Assembly: GCA_040437565.1 (NCBI GenBank)
Contig: JBDOQK010000002.1
Coordinates: forward strand, 930,001-994,000
From: Albugo candida
Taxonomy: Eukaryota
Length of the DNA: 64,000 nucleotides
Direction of reading: 5' to 3'
Part shown: piece by piece, positions 35,201-49,600 of the stretch
Numbering within the stretch: the stretch's first letter is position 1
Layout of the letters: each line of letters opens with the position of its first letter
Position numbers and translations under genes: made by a program
Notes under the pieces: model-generated
Seen by the model: the letters and a program-made list of their open reading frames with translations, nothing else
Told to the model about the DNA's origin: nothing
The model's database searches: none

Positions 35201-37058
35201 GTGTTTCTTTCGTGGTTGGGAAGGGATCAGTAGCAGCAACAGGCTGTTTGAATATGAATAGAGGACACCGATGCAATGGAGGAGAAGATAGGCAAATTAT
35301 ATCGATTCCGATCCCGTGATCCATCATTCGTTGTTCAGTGATCTCAGATAATTGTTTGTTCACTTTGAAAATCCCATTTCCTGCTGTAGCAATAACAACA
35401 TTCTGTCCCGTGCGAGCAAGATGGCGATCGATGTGGTGCTTATCAAAAATATTGAGCACAATATTAATCGCTTCGAGTAGATTGCCATCTTGTGCATTTG
35501 AGGGTACTCCGTCACGAGCATTTTGTTGTGACTGAGGATTCAAAGTGGTGGCTGATTGATTCTTCCAAAACTTTGGGGATCGCCACCCACAAACTCGAGG
35601 ATAATCATTCAATTCACATTTCAGCCTCACAAGCAGAGGCTGAACATCGGTGATAGTACTATCGAACACAACGACTTTGTAGAAATCTTGATACTTGCGA
35701 TTTTCTTCATCAACGCAAATGGGCAAAGATGCTACAGCAGGTCTGTCGGAAGCCGTGGTGGTGCAGCGTATTTCTGGATTATGATGCACATCTTGTGAGT
35801 TCGCACGTTGAATCTCCTTCTTCTTTAAGGCAACATTTTCATTTTTGAATAGTGACCTGGAAGACTTCTGAAAAGCATTTTCAGCGCTACTTTCATTCCC
35901 TTCTGTTTCATCTTCTGGATAGTAACTTCGAGCGAAGAAAAGAATCGTCAAACTATGAGACACTTTGTGTCGAATCCATTTCTGTAAAACATGATGAACT
36001 ACATTTACCAGGATTTCTAGATACATGTAGCCAGAATTTGCGAGATCCCATAGCTCCGGGCTGATTTGGATCAGCCACATGACACGCGAGGTTTTTGATC
36101 TTAAAGAAAGCTTCGTGCGCTCTGAAATAACGCCACTCACGACCTGTTCTTCATTTTTTGACGCATGAACGTCCATGACTTGCCAACGTGTACCATGAAC
36201 GCGAACATTCTTCCCCACCGAAACGGGCTTCCCGGTCACTGAACGTTTCAAATACCATAAATCTCGACGCGAAATGAATTGGTCTTTGAGTGAAATTTCT
36301 ACAAACTCTGCTTCTACTTGATTTTTTGGTACAAAACGAATGACGACATCTTTGAATGGTTGCAGATTGAAGAAAGTAGCGATTTCTTTCAAAATGCTAA
36401 CTTGCACCTTTCCCTTTAGCGTCAAAGTATGTGTGTTGTGCGGTATTTCCAGCAGCAAATGATTACGTGGGTCTTTTTCCGCTTGATTGTGAAGCGATGG
36501 ATAAGGAAAAGCGTTTTTACGTCGCGAAGAATCTGTACGTGCCTTTGTTCCTCCAGAATTCATGATACTATTCGTAGTGCTATTTTGATTTGTTGAATGA
36601 CTGGATCCGATGCAATTTGTGCTTGTTCCACACGGTAGATCGTCTTCCGAATTGCTTCTTACATATTCGTCTGACGGATGAAACACCTCAATGACATATT
36701 CATTCCAGGGAATCTCTTTGAGAATAGAAAAATGTTCAGGACTTAGAATTATCTCCTGACCAGAATGAAACTCGTGGCCGTGAACATGTAAATTGAAAAC
36801 GCCTGCTGTTATTTGTGCGTTTGAATACTTGTACGAGCCACAAGACGTCTGTTTATCTTCGTGCAGCACAGGTTTGGTATAAGTTGGTAACGCATCCAAT
36901 TGTGAGCTGTGCCCTTGTCTGTCAATTTTCGGTACTGGCTGGAACGCGTTAGACGAACAGTCGTCAGTCTTCCCTGGATTTCGAGAATCGCTTCCGTCCG
37001 CGCCCTGCGCCGTCAACTTGGTTCTAGTTCTTTTTTTCCGATCCCAACGTCGACTCAT
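32259..37058 (-). CDS. DEPDC5: GATOR1/SEACIT subunit DEPDC5/Iml1
   Basis: Motifs LKDQFISRRDLW, LRSKTSRVMWLIQISPELWD, YQDFYKVV, GNLLEAIN, HHIDRHLARTGQ, GIDIICLSSPPLHRCPLF, HRRWS, WKSLVFPALLPLTTDYFP, LSMGHRIH, WNYLDQLICG and C-terminal YHIELQW...QYIH. Introns at 33181-33120 and about 32918-32854 join the 1299-aa and 193-aa ORFs. Confidence 0.92.
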
Positions 37059-37441
37059 GCTGATAAGTCGATTTTATCCAATCCGACTCTGTCAGCATAG
37101 CGCTGAGGATGAGAATCCATGTGTAAGCGCATCACTATCAGCCGTGTAAGGGTGATGTATCGCGCTACTTTTATACAAGCCGCGTGGTTTGGTGAAGCAG
37201 TGGTAGATGTTACACGATTAATCCGCACACTTAATAGCATGATTATTATCTGAATAGAAAATTATTGCTTCAGTTCTCAAGATAATCTGCTTTCGCTATT
37301 CATTTATCCGCAGTTTTTAGTGAACAAAGAAACGAAAAGCTTTTGCACCGTAACACGGCGCCATTTCAGGGAATGATATTCCAAATGGGAGGACAGTATA
37401 CTTTCGTACACTTTCTGTCACGGTATACGCCACCTGAGTGA

Positions 37442-38970
37442 ATGGAAAGACAAATGTGGCCTGCAGAGTTGCTTCAGGAGCTGCGAATGACTCTACTATT
37501 GCTCAATGCAAGCGTTCAGCTGCAATACCTGCAAACATTTAAGCGATGCGACGAATTGAGTTTGCTTCTACAATTTATAAAAAATAACGAGAAGGCTCAG
37601 ATTTCCGCTCTACAAGCCAAGGAATTGTTGGCAAGGAAGAAACGCATAGAAGAAGAGAAATTTCAGCATGCATTGCGGTCAGCTGTTGAACGGGCGCAGA
37701 ATATACGAAAGAAATTCCACAGCGACCAAACTAGCAAAGGTAAACAGACGGCACTACGTGATTTTTCAGAAACGAAAGCCGTAGAAGAGCGAAATACTCT
37801 GCCGAGTGACACGGCAGTAAGTTGCAACGCAATGGGCAGCTCGGAGGTTAATGAAATATCAGGCATTGTAAAGCTCAGAATTCCGTCAAAAATGAATGCT
37901 TTGATAAACGAATACGAGAGCAAGACGGCTAATAAACCCATGCAGCAACTTCGGGCTCGTTTTATACGGCAACTAACTTGGGATACTTCGCATCTAAATG
38001 GTGCTGACAATGTGGAGATTACTCAACAGCATTTGCAGGAGGTTCTAAGAATGAAAATCCAGCACCTTACCGTTCTTTTGCAGACGAAGGTCGATTCGAA
38101 AACTTTGAAAAATGCTTTACAAGGCGACANNNNNNNNNNNNNNNNNNNNNNNNNNNNNNNNNNNNNNNNNNNNNNNNNNNNNNNNNNNNNNNNNNNNNNN
38201 NNNNNNNNNNNNNNNNNNNNNNNNNNNNNACCTTACCGTTCTTTTGCAGACGAAGGTCGATTCGAAAACTTTGAAAAATGCTTTACAAGGCGACAAAGCG
38301 TCTAAAATATTTCCTACTTACCAGAGACTGGAGCAGGTTTGACGGTAATCCGATCATTTGCCAAGGAGCTCATCATTGATTTCATAGGCAAAAACACTTT
38401 CCAAGCAGCTGGGAAATCAAGTCCATGGTTTGGCGAATCGGATTGCTCGACGACCTGTGTTGTCAACGGTATGGCTATTGTATTGTCTGGCTCAGCATGA
38501 GACGTATCCAAGTTGTATTATAGGTAGCTCGAGACCATCTAGAAAAGCAGCTTGCTGCACTTCGTGAATGTGAGGATACAGAAGTTGATCATAACGAGGC
38601 CAAAATGCTGTTCTCACAATTACAAGCAAACGGGGCTTTGGCAGAAGAATCAAAAAATCAAATATCTGAGAAATTACAGTCTTTTGTGGCCGATGATTGC
38701 TATGGATCAAGTTTGACACTTTCAGAATTGGAGAAAACATGTCCCATCAATATTGATGATGTAGTTGCGAGAGAAGTTGGTCAAGCTGTGTACGATCTCC
38801 TTATGTCTACAAAAGTCAAGCTGAATGAAAGCACCAACACTCTCTTGTCAGAATTGGATCGGCGAAATGTACTGCTTATCTGTCAGCTGGCGGATTCTTT
38901 GGTCGGGTGCAAAGGGAAGAGGATACGTTCTTTGATTGATAAAACACAATCCGACATCGATGTATGCTAA
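37442..38970 (+). CDS. Hypothetical multi-exon protein with N-terminal coiled coil
   Basis: The 287-aa ORF continues after the 66-bp gap duplication is collapsed (…NALQGDKASKIFPTYQRLEQ). A later 121-aa ORF lies on the same strand. Exon structure between 38338 and 38600 is unresolved. Confidence 0.5.
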
Positions 38971-39091
38971 GCAAGATATTGATTGCATCCATTATATAGT
39001 AAATCATTCAGTAGAAGCGTTGCAAATGCGTTGTCTTACACAAAGCTTTTGTACCATTGTGGAGTTTGATATCACTGCTTCATATTTGTAA

Positions 39092-40352
39092 TCAATGATG
39101 TCGAGATGGGCTTCGACTTCGACTCTGACTTTCGCTGCGACTTTCGCTGTGGCTTCGCGATCGTCGATGACGACGCCGACTGTGATGGCGATCTCGATGA
39201 CGGTTTCGATCTCGGTCTCGTTTTGGATCTCGGCGATCTTGGTCTCGTTCTCGGTTCCAGCCTCGTTCACGTTGACCTCGGTCACGTTGACTTCGATCTG
39301 GATTTCTCAACCGATCCCGTCCGTGACCATGCGATCGACCAGAATGCTCGTCAGGTCTACATATTGAGATTCTTTCAGCACAATGTTCCGATGAGTCAAT
39401 ACTAAGTACGAGCCTACCGTCTTGATATAGAACGAGAATGACGATCTTCAAGCTTTGATTTTGGAGCTTCTTTAACTTCCTGGATGCATGGTTCCATAAC
39501 TGTGTCTTCTTTTTTTTCAACAACTTCGACTGGCGGAGGATTCGTAGATTGACGGCGCTGTTGTTGACGCAACTCGGCGATTTCTTCGACCTTCTTTCGA
39601 ATTTGTAGATATCCTAAGTGCAATTTACCACCAAAGTGATTTGCTAATCGACGATCACTATCAAAAATGCTTAAGAAAGCGCCACAAACATCACAAACAC
39701 GCAGTTTTTGATTTACATCTGTACTGGCTAATGGATTTCTTGGTAGTAATTCCGATAGCCCCGGTGTTTTTATTTCTAATCCTCCTTTCCTATAATCAGG
39801 AGGACGAATTCCAACTCCTTGAACTGATCGGAGCATGGCATTGGCTTGTGCATCAGCTTTTTTCTGCTTGAGATCTTCCACTTTTTCCATCAATTCCATA
39901 GATAGATCTACTTGCCCCTCATTTCCGGCTTCCTCGGCCTTAAGCATAGCTTCTTGGATTTCAGCGGTAATTTCAAGTACTTCTTTGCAATTTTCAACGT
40001 CCATTAAGGATGGAGCCTTAGAACCTTCCTGTTCTTCCAATCGTTTTTGCGCTCGGTAAATCTTTTTATCCAGATCGGATATGAATCTCAGCAACTCTCT
40101 TTCTAACTCATACTCATATCCTGAGCTTTTATTGGTATCCTTTTCATATTTTGTTCGTAAATTTGATAGATGTAACTTCGGACATTCTCCCAAATCCATC
40201 TTTGTATTTTGAAATAATTCATGTGGGCATAGTCCGCACAAGAAATACTTACAGACACGTCTGTCTCTGTAATCTCTTATTTCGTCATTCGGTTTATCTC
40301 CGTCGCGATTTCTCCCCATTAACTCATCGAGCAGTGCACGTTGCGCATCCAT
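39092..40352 (-). CDS. LUC7: U1 snRNP-associated splicing factor Luc7-like protein with C-terminal RS/RD region
   Basis: MDAQRALLDELMG, zinc finger 1 VCKYFLCGLCPHELFQNTKMDLGECPKLH, zinc finger 2 KLRVCDVCGAFLS...DRRLANHFGGKLHLGY. Intron 39417-39357 leads into the RDRDR...SRSRSPSR tail. Confidence 0.95.
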
Positions 40353-40816
40353 TCTAAGGGTTTGTTTCCTTTTGATTCAATGGTGCAGCAGCGTACCTTA
40401 TACACTTCCGTTGCCTAGATGCGAACTTACGTTATGTTCGACTTGAATTTACAGGATGATACATACTGTTGATCAGATGCTTGCAATTGTGAAGTAGATA
40501 TGATAAACAGGGCACAGGAATTGAGGTAGTATCAAGAATAGGACCAGTTCGGTAAAAAGGTCATTCTGTGCACATAATCGCTGAAGTTACGCAGCAATTT
40601 TTTTTTATTGTAACTTTTTCACAATTAGATAATTCCGTCCAACTGGTAAATAGCGCCGCGTTGTATTGCAACGTATTGTGTCTCGAAATCACATCCAAAG
40701 CATTAGAACTTTCAAAAACGTCATCGGAATTATCTCATTAATGTCAAGTTAGATATCTACGAGCATTCAGATATTATCCAATCGTGTTGGAGGAAGCGTA
40801 TAATCAGGAAATAAAT

Positions 40817-41721
40817 ATGAAAGACCAAGTCGAGACAAATCCATCTTCGGGCATGCTGACAAATATCGAGAATACCCTTGATGAGCCAGTATCAGTGACA
40901 ATAGTATGTACATGAAAATTGAAAAACAGATGTGATTATAGCCGTAATGCTCACACATATGAACGAATTTTTCAGTTGCGGGATGTGAATTTGGTGGCAG
41001 GCAAGCTAAAGGTAGTCTTAATGCCAAGGAATACATCCGACGATACTTTGAAGGCGCTTCGAGACTGTACGTGTAGACAGCTTTGACTCTGTTGACTATT
41101 AACAGAGTATTGATTCTCCTGTAGGGGATCTTTGGGGTCCACTTATGCTCTGTCTATCATTGTCCATGTAGGAAGAGCGTAGTACTCGTTTACAACTGCT
41201 TGACTTACATCTCTCTGATTAGTATGCTGAGTTTTACTGCACCGTTGGATCAATCGGCTATGGTTTTCACTGGCGTGTTCGTGGTCGTTTGGGTCGGCGC
41301 AGCTATAGTTACGATCAATGCTCAGCTTCTTGGAAGTGCAATGTCAGTTCACATGGAAACGATCACTTTTATGATTTCATGATTTTTTTTCTATTTGAAG
41401 CTCCTTTTTCCAGAGCATATGCGTTCTGGGTTATTGTATTTTCCCGTTGAATATCGCGACTCTGGTATGCATGCTTCTCCGTGCGATTGCATCGCACTTG
41501 ATCATACGGTTAATGATCGTGACGGTGGGATTTCTATGGTCAACTCGAGGTAGCCTAATTCGACAGCATCACGCATTTGAATTGTTTTACGAGATACTGT
41601 TTCTTTTGTAGCGTCAGTCGTGTTCATGTCCAAAATGGTTCCTCCGAATCGGAAAGCACTTACCGTGTATCCCGTGTTGCTATTTTATATGTTCATCTCG
41701 TGGATGGTTCTTATACAATAA
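40817..41721 (+). CDS. YIPF6: Yip1-domain Golgi membrane protein (YIPF6/Yip4-like), about six short exons
   Basis: Mostly missed by the ORF track. Spliced translation MKDQVETNPSSGMLTNIENTLDEPVSVTI-LRDVNLVAGKLKVVL...LRDWDLWGPLMLCL...VTINAQLLG..ISFFQSICVLGYCIFPL...RKALTVYPVLLFYMFISWMVLIQ matches Yip1-family signatures. Confidence 0.88.
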
Positions 41722-41798
41722 TGCAACGCTAGTATTACGTACAGTGTCATGCTTTGCACATAGAGTACAATGCTGTAGAAATGATTGCTCCCATTCAA

Positions 41799-44700
41799 TC
41801 ATTTGGATGTACGTTCTGTATGAGCAGCGGCATTCTTTTTGCTTTGGAATTTTGTACGTTTTCGCTTCAGCCGAATTTGAGGGATGCTAGTATCTTCAAG
41901 TTGATTTTCGTCTTGACCGACATTATCAGGCTTAATTTCTTCAGTCTCATCTCGTGACTGGTCGATGCTTTTGTCTACTGCAAAGTGTGAGTTCTCATTT
42001 ATCTCTATTGCGTTTTGCTTGACTTGATTGCTCGGTGATGCTGGGGTTGAAGTGATTTTTGCATTAGTAGGCTCGTGACGTGATTTCTTTCGGTTCTTCT
42101 GGGGTGAGAAAAGCATGGTATCAAGGTCATTATCGTGCGGTTCAGATGGAAGGTCTCTTCTCCGACGTCGATTGCGCGAATCTTGAGAGCTTTTTTGCTT
42201 GATTGGTGTATTGGCCATTGCGGCTGCAACATCATCAACAGAAATTTCCATTGGCTGCAAACTGCTTCTTCGATTTGTCGAGGAAGTTGGTCCGATAGGA
42301 CGTTGTGTGATGGGGCTCGCGTGAGATTGCCTGCTTTTCTGCTGAAGCTCATATTGACGCAAATCATACTCAATCTCAACAGCCATCTGAGGATCCGCAC
42401 TGAGAATATCTTTCACTTCTTTTCGATACAATCTGAACAATTGATGAGTGTAATACAATAAATATCGCATCAATGGGCTTCGTTTCGATTCCAGCTTGTG
42501 CTTGAGTCCAATCAATAAGGGCACAACATTTTCCAGGAAATTCTTCTTGGAAAGTTTCGACAGCAACTTTCCCTTGGCCGCTGCAACTTTGGATGACACT
42601 GGTTGATCTTCTTCCAATTCGTCACCACCTTCGACATCACCATCACCTTTGTCTTTGTCACCACTCATTTTTATACTTGGTAGACATAGCACCAGAAAGG
42701 TGTCCTTCAGAACAGCTTCTACTCCCGTGTCTGTCATCTCTGAGGGATTACTGCACAATTGCAACCGATCATCGATGACCTCATCCAGTATCTCTGTGCA
42801 CAATTGCATTGATATGCGCAGTTTCTGCTCGTCTTCCATATGATCCAGCAAAAAATTGTATACGTACATTCGCTTCGGCAGCAATGAGGGACCCACGAGA
42901 GCGTACTTTGCCTCCACTTCAGGATCGACATTGTCAGTGGCAAATTGTTTCTGCTTGCATGCGTTGAAGACGAAAAGAAGCTCAACAAACTTGCTTGTGA
43001 ACAAATGTGGCATCTTCCTCAGCATTGGTCCGCGTAAAATTTGCCGTGCCAGAGATGCTATCTCCTCACAGTCATCCACCAAACTCCGAAAAAAGTATCG
43101 ATGTAACGCATCTTTCCACTTGATAAAGTCCTGTAGAATCAACTGAGAGAATAGTAGCAGCGCATTCCGTCGAACGAGTGGACTGGAATCCAATATGGAC
43201 GATCCAATTGTTGGAACGTAAATGTCGATCAGTCCCGTGTAACGCACGCACAGATCTCCGAGTATGAGCAGTACGTTGGACCGAATCTCTTGTTCTGGGC
43301 TGGTTCGGAGCTCTCGTAACAACATCGTCACACAGCTTTTAGAAAATTCTTCGTCACGTAGACAGAGTTTGCCAAGCGTCAAAAACGCACATACGCGTAC
43401 AGTTTTCGGCACCTTCACTGTGACTTCTGCAGCATCTTGTTGAGATTTGTGTAACGGGCGTAATTCGGGGGAGAGGTACAGCTGAACTATCGACTTGGTC
43501 GTGTCAGAAATGGGCAGTAAGGCTGTGTTCGATGAATCTTCGATCTAAAAACATCGATCAGTACTTTTCAGAGATGTCAAATGAACACTTGCCTTGTCAC
43601 CTTCTTTATTCAAATCCAACACAACCATTTCTCCTAAACATACGAGCTGTTTTTCAACAAGGACAGAATTCTCGACGATAGTGTTTGGATGATATTGAGC
43701 GTGTGATTGCAGATTTTCTTCGCACAAACAAAGCAGTTTCGAACTCCAAGCGCGATTGATTTCCAGCCCTTGTTCCGAATTCGGAGCTTTTGCTTTGCAC
43801 ATGTGACTTAGAGCGTACACTGCATCCATAATAATGTTGACTGGGGCTGCAAAGGTCAGTAGAGACGTCATGATACTGTCTGCGATGCGTGTAGCATCAC
43901 CAGCATCCATTAGAGAAGCCAATGTGGCGATCACACGCAATATACGCTTTGCTCCTTCAGTGAATTCTGAACGAAGCTCGCCCTTCTGCAACATATCCCA
44001 GCAAGCCACCACCGTTTCCAAGTAATCTGTTCGTTCAGCATCACTTTCCGGCATTACATTGTTTCCGAATCGAGTGACTTCTTCTAGAATACTCCAACCA
44101 AAATTCCAATACAAGTTCAGCATATCCGTCGAATAGTCTTTTCTTGTGATACTTAGTTTGACTGCATACATACTGACTGTGATGAGACGATGTTGGTCGA
44201 CTAAGGATTGCTCAATCAGTAAGCGAATTGTCCGTTGGATACATCGGAGCATTGAGGCATCGATATCTTTGACTAGCTGCCAGATAAAAGTTGTGCATGA
44301 AGCTTGCTGAGAAAACTCACGATACCATTGAAACATCTGCTCACAAATGACTGAATTTCCGGCTTCTAAAATGCGTTTTCGCACGCTTACTTCTGAATCA
44401 GCGCATAAGGGAAGGACTCCTGTCAGCCATATTTTTTGAGCATTACTATTGTTGGAGTTCTTCATCAAAATATGTGTCAATGACTTGACTGTCTGAGCTC
44501 GAACGAGCACAGAAGTATCGCTGCATCGCGCTCGAAGCTGGAATAGGAGGTCCTGGTTACCCGAGTCCAGCTGGACTAGATTTGCGACAACTAGTGCCTC
44601 TAGAGCTTGTACGGCAGCCCGTCGGACTGACATTTTGTCGTCGTTCAAACTTATTCGGAACAGAGCGATNNNNNNNNNNNNNNNNNNNNNNNNNNNNNNN

Positions 44701-46582
44701 NNNNNNNNNNNNNNNNNNNNNNNNNNNNNNNNNNNNNNNNNNNNNNNNNNNNNNNNNNNNNNNNNNNNNCAGAAGTATCGCTGCATCGCGCTCGAAGCTG
44801 GAATAGGAGGTCCTGGTTACCCGAGTCCAGCTGGACTAGATTTGCGACAACTAGTGCCTCTAGAGCTTGTACGGCAGCCCGTCGGACTGACATTTTGTCG
44901 TCGTTCAAACTTATTCGGAACAGAGCGATCATGTCACCGTTTATCTGATTCGACTTTGGTTCTTGAGTCTTTTGATTCAACGCATTCTGTAGAGCGGAAG
45001 TGAGGGTTTTCAGATCTCTTTCGTCCAGATGAATTTCTTGACATCCGATTGATCCTTCTGGTCCAAGAAGAGTATTGCTCTGAAAGCCTACTGTAATAAC
45101 GGTTGATATTCCAGTGATTGCTTTAGCACGTACACCAGAAACTAGATCGTTGGACCGATGCACAAGAATTTTGATAAGAGATGTCACTCCACCATACCGT
45201 GACAATTCCTGAGGTATGTCGTCATTCGAAGCGCATTTCCAATAGGAAGGTGTCAGTAATAGTTTTGTTGCGAATTCGACAGAGAATTGCCGAAATTTGG
45301 TAGTTTTGTGATGTGAATAACTATACAGAAAACACACAAATTTGGTGCGATCGATCGGAAGCAGAGCATTCTGAAGCGTACTTGCAGTTTGTAATCGTTC
45401 CGTTGCCATGTCAAATGTGTATTGGAGGACACGCTGTCGTCGTTCGGATCGATCAGGAACAGAGAGGCAAAGATTCTGAACAAGAGCTAATCGTATTCGT
45501 GATATGACAATTTGGACTTCATCTCGATTATTACTGTGAGCTTGTAGTGCTTCCAGCTTTGACATTAATTGTTTTTCGACAGTCTGCAAAATTGCAATGG
45601 CACTTCGATGGATTGGAAGTGCAGAGCGTAAAAATTTTGTTCCACCAAAAGCTTTCTCATTGAATGCGATAAACGGAACATAAAAGTGGAGAATAAGACG
45701 ATTCATCTGTTCCATATCCCCGTGCAAAGTGTCCTGTAGGCTTTTATAAATAAGTGAAAGATAGTGAGTCAGATCGGCGACACAGCTCACAGAGCAACTC
45801 ATTCGCTGGAGATAGATGACGGTCTCAATAGTTGTAGCAATACAATCTGGAGCAGTCTTGAGGGAGACGACCTTCAAAAAATCACTTAACGTCTTTAGCA
45901 AATGTATGCCATAAACTCGGACATCTTTTATCAGCTTCTTCAACCGCATGGACGTCAACTTTTTCTCCTGCTCGTTTGTATCATGGTCTTCAAGCGCTAT
46001 TGAGACTAATTCGATCCATTTCCGAAGTATTTTCATTATGCATATGTACTGATGAGGAATCCAGACGCCATAAGCAGTCCCGCCGGGCAGTTGTATCCAC
46101 TCAAGATAGATTTTAGCAGCTAAAATGACTTTGAGGAGTGTGTCCATACGATCTTGTACAAGCTCTTCCTCAGTTCTATTTTTTCCTAATCCAGTGTCAA
46201 GAGAGTTGATAGCGTTCATCGCTATGTGTAATATGCCAAATAATCGAATATGAAGATATTCGTGCTGTTCGGAATTCTCGACGACGCCCAAATCACGTTT
46301 AGAGGTGAGAAATCTCCATAAACCTTGTAAAGGTTTGCTTTGTTGCCGTTCTTTGGAGTTTATGTCCTCACTTTCATCTCCAAATTCGTGAGCGTGGTAT
46401 TGAGTCATGCATTTATCAAGTTTGCGTAGCGTGAGTGCTTCGATTTGTTCTAATATCAAGTTCTCTTGTGGTAACTTCTGGACTACGCCATATTGAACGA
46501 GGTTCTTGCATTCTTCTTGACCCAAGCTGCTGAGTGGAAGTGCCCTAAGAGCATCAACTAGCGCTTGCTCTATATCGTTCAT
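41799..46582 (-). CDS. NCAPD3: Condensin II non-SMC HEAT subunit CAP-D3
   Basis: Cnd1-type region AFLTLGKLCL...LLREL...IRSNVLLILGDLCVRYT...DSSPLVRRNALLLFSQLILQDFIKWK, plus NVVPLLIGLKHKLESKRSPLM. Removing the gap duplication (260 bp) and a 48-bp intron (43592-43545) joins three ORFs into one frame of about 1491 aa. Confidence 0.88.
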
Positions 46583-46688
46583 GGTGACAAATCACTGGAT
46601 TGCTCGTCTACTATTAGAGTATCATTCTACAAATTGATACACTGTGTAGATGGATAGTCGGCGTCTAGAAACATTGCAGCGTAAAAGT

Positions 46689-49600
46689 TTATAACAAAAT
46701 CATTCTTTTCCATTTACTTATTGCGCTTCTATATCTCCGCTGCAAAGAGTGTTCGCGTAGAATTGCTTGAAAGTGACTAACAATCCAGTTTCCCGTTGTA
46801 TGATCGTCCCACTTTGTGAATAAGGTATACAATTGACAGCTTTGTCGCTTCTCTTTCATCTCTTCCATTTTCTTGCGCACTCTTTTCCGTTTCTCCATTC
46901 CTGTGGCCCATTTTCGCCAGAACTTGAATTTCGCTTTATGCTTGCGTCGAGATAGATATCTTATTAAGGCAACTTTGCGTGAAGTATACTTTCTCCATCC
47001 CTGGAAATAATACGATACAATAACGTAATGCATCAGCCTCAACGATAATCGCATCCGCTGATTTAGAACCACATTGCTGCGTAAAGCCTTCCATCCTTGC
47101 CTTAGACGCTTCTGTTTAAACTGGAAACTTGCAATATCCAATCTTTCTCTCCTTCTGTGAAATAAACGTCTCCAATAATACCATATAGATTCGGTACTGT
47201 GTTGGCAGGGTTTCGTATCGATACATAACGATACCTTTCGTATTTGCGATTGATATTTCGCACATTGGATCCATTTGCTGATAAATGACGCTTTTTTCCA
47301 AGTTATCATGGCTTCTGCAGCAACACGGACACGTCGCCGGAATGAAACTTTGACTTCAATCTCCATCACCCAGATTCTCCAGCTTGACCGGAGCAGATTA
47401 TGCGCTGCGATACGAGCTGACGTAGCGTCACAGCTTCGATCTGCAACCACTTTAGATTGATGTGGATCACTAGAATTGATAGCTCCTGTTGGAACTCGTC
47501 CCACCCTCCTGTCAAAAATTTGCAGGCGACAAATGGATGTATTTCTAGTGATAGCGGAAGTGCTGCGACTTAGTACCGCCGACTTTCTCCATTTGTTCCA
47601 GGATCTGGAAAGCAAGGAATTATGTCGAATAAAGTTGATCCGCTCAATTCGTTTTGTTTGCTCAAGTGCAAGTCTCCATCGGTGAAAAGATTTGGATTGC
47701 CACGTAGATTCTCGGTATCTCTGGCAGCATTGTTCAGTATGCTTTCGTTTTTTCGATCGAAGGGTCCAAGATAACCATTTCTGTACCAGTGTATGCATCT
47801 TGCAATCTTCATAAGCTCGATATTGTGTCACCGTTGTTTTTTGGACATTCACGAAGAGGAGCCATCGGAGAAAGAATTTAACGCGGTTGTGTCTCGCATA
47901 AAAGTCTATAGCTTGTTCATGTGCTTCTACGTATCTTCTCTTCTTCTGATTGAAATCAACTAAACAAGTTACACCGATGCAAAGTAAGCGCAAGCGGTCG
48001 CATTTTTGTGCGACTAATGCTTGCTCTCGGAATTGCTTTCTTTCTGACATAAATCGGTTCCAACAACGCACACTCTGACGAGCACGAATGTTTTGGATAT
48101 GGACGGTACACTGGCTATCATTTTCCATTTTTGCTTTACTACTATCCAGGTACAGGAGCCATTTATCAAAACAACATTTCTGCGTGCGAAATCTGATTAT
48201 CAACTCGGCCTGAGCCTTGGTGGCGTGGCTGTACTTGGAGTTTTTGCAGAACCTTTTCCAGCAAGTCCACTTATGTTTTACTGACGAGTTACAGAACTTT
48301 GATGTTGCGATGTAGAGCTGTTCGCGTTGGTGATGATGATTTAGTGCCCACTGGCTCCAGTGAATACAGACTTGATGAGCGAGAATGCGCCTAATCATCA
48401 CGGAGGCGTTCTTATCTCTCACACTCTGATCCTTCTTCTGATAGTGGATTGTGCACCAAGACTGGAATGCTTGACCTAACAGAGCTCTTTTTTTCATCAA
48501 ATTCCACCGCGTGTGTTTGACATAACTCTGCAGCCATCGATTCCAATAATTTGTAATGACTGCTTTCGTGTGTAGTTCCACTGCTGTACACCATCGCGTC
48601 TCAGTAACGCTTTGATAATAGTTGTGCCAATGAATGAAAAATAAATGGCTGCGTGTATGAAAGTGCAATCGATTGATAATTTTAGTGGCATCTTTTCTCC
48701 GACGCACTAATCTCACTCGGTACCGCCAATCATACAAAAAATGTCTGCAAGTGGTTGCATGGTATAGAATTTGGGCTTTGCATATATTCTTGCGAGCTAT
48801 CGACCATTCTTGCATCCTGTGGAATGCTAGTGCATACAGTTTCCTTACTCGCGTGATTTGAATTCGAAATATACAATTGTTCAACTTGCGCTGATCAATG
48901 AGATGCCTTTTCCATACTAAGAAAAATTCTTGTAATAGTAGAGCCTTACGCCGCTGAAGTGCAACTTGCTTTTTGATGAATTTTGGTGCCTTATACTGAT
49001 GATATAAGATCCACGATTCCAGTGTTTTACTGCGAAGCCGCTTCTCAAATATCTGCTTTGCTTGTCGTTTCTTCACACGACGTTTGCTATTGGCTTTCCA
49101 TCTCTTGTAAATGCCGCAAAGTATGGACAGTGCGTGCAGATGAAACATCTTCCGTGCTCCAAGTGTTACTTTGTGCACTCGAGCAACATGTGACCTCCAG
49201 TTGGACCAACAATTCGATAGCTGTAGTCTCCTTCTGTAGTGACTTCTTTGGACGATCAGGAGCGTAGTCTTACTCTTTTTTGCCGCGTATCTGTGCCAAT
49301 TCCGAAAGCACATCGCTTTTGATAACTTTTTCATCGCTTTCACGATACGAAAATCCTTCTCTCGCTCATGAATACGCTTCAATCTAAGATCCGACCATAT
49401 GCAGACTGCTTTAGCAAGCCTATTATCGTTATTCTGCTTATCAAATCGGAATAATTTCAGTCTTATAGAGCACCTCAGGAAGAGCCATTGATGCCATCTA
49501 AAAAAAGCTGTCAATTTGAGCAGATCGGTGTAGTGATCAATGGCAGTTCTGTTATTTATCTTGAACATTTCTTCCACTTTGAATAATGAATGCCATACAT

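Noticed and set aside
11655..37058. An autophagy/TORC1/endosome gene cluster (NRBF2-like, two FYVE proteins, DEPDC5)
   Set aside because: The genes are interspersed with unrelated housekeeping genes and FYVE proteins are numerous in oomycetes. There is no evidence of co-regulation or conserved linkage from sequence alone.
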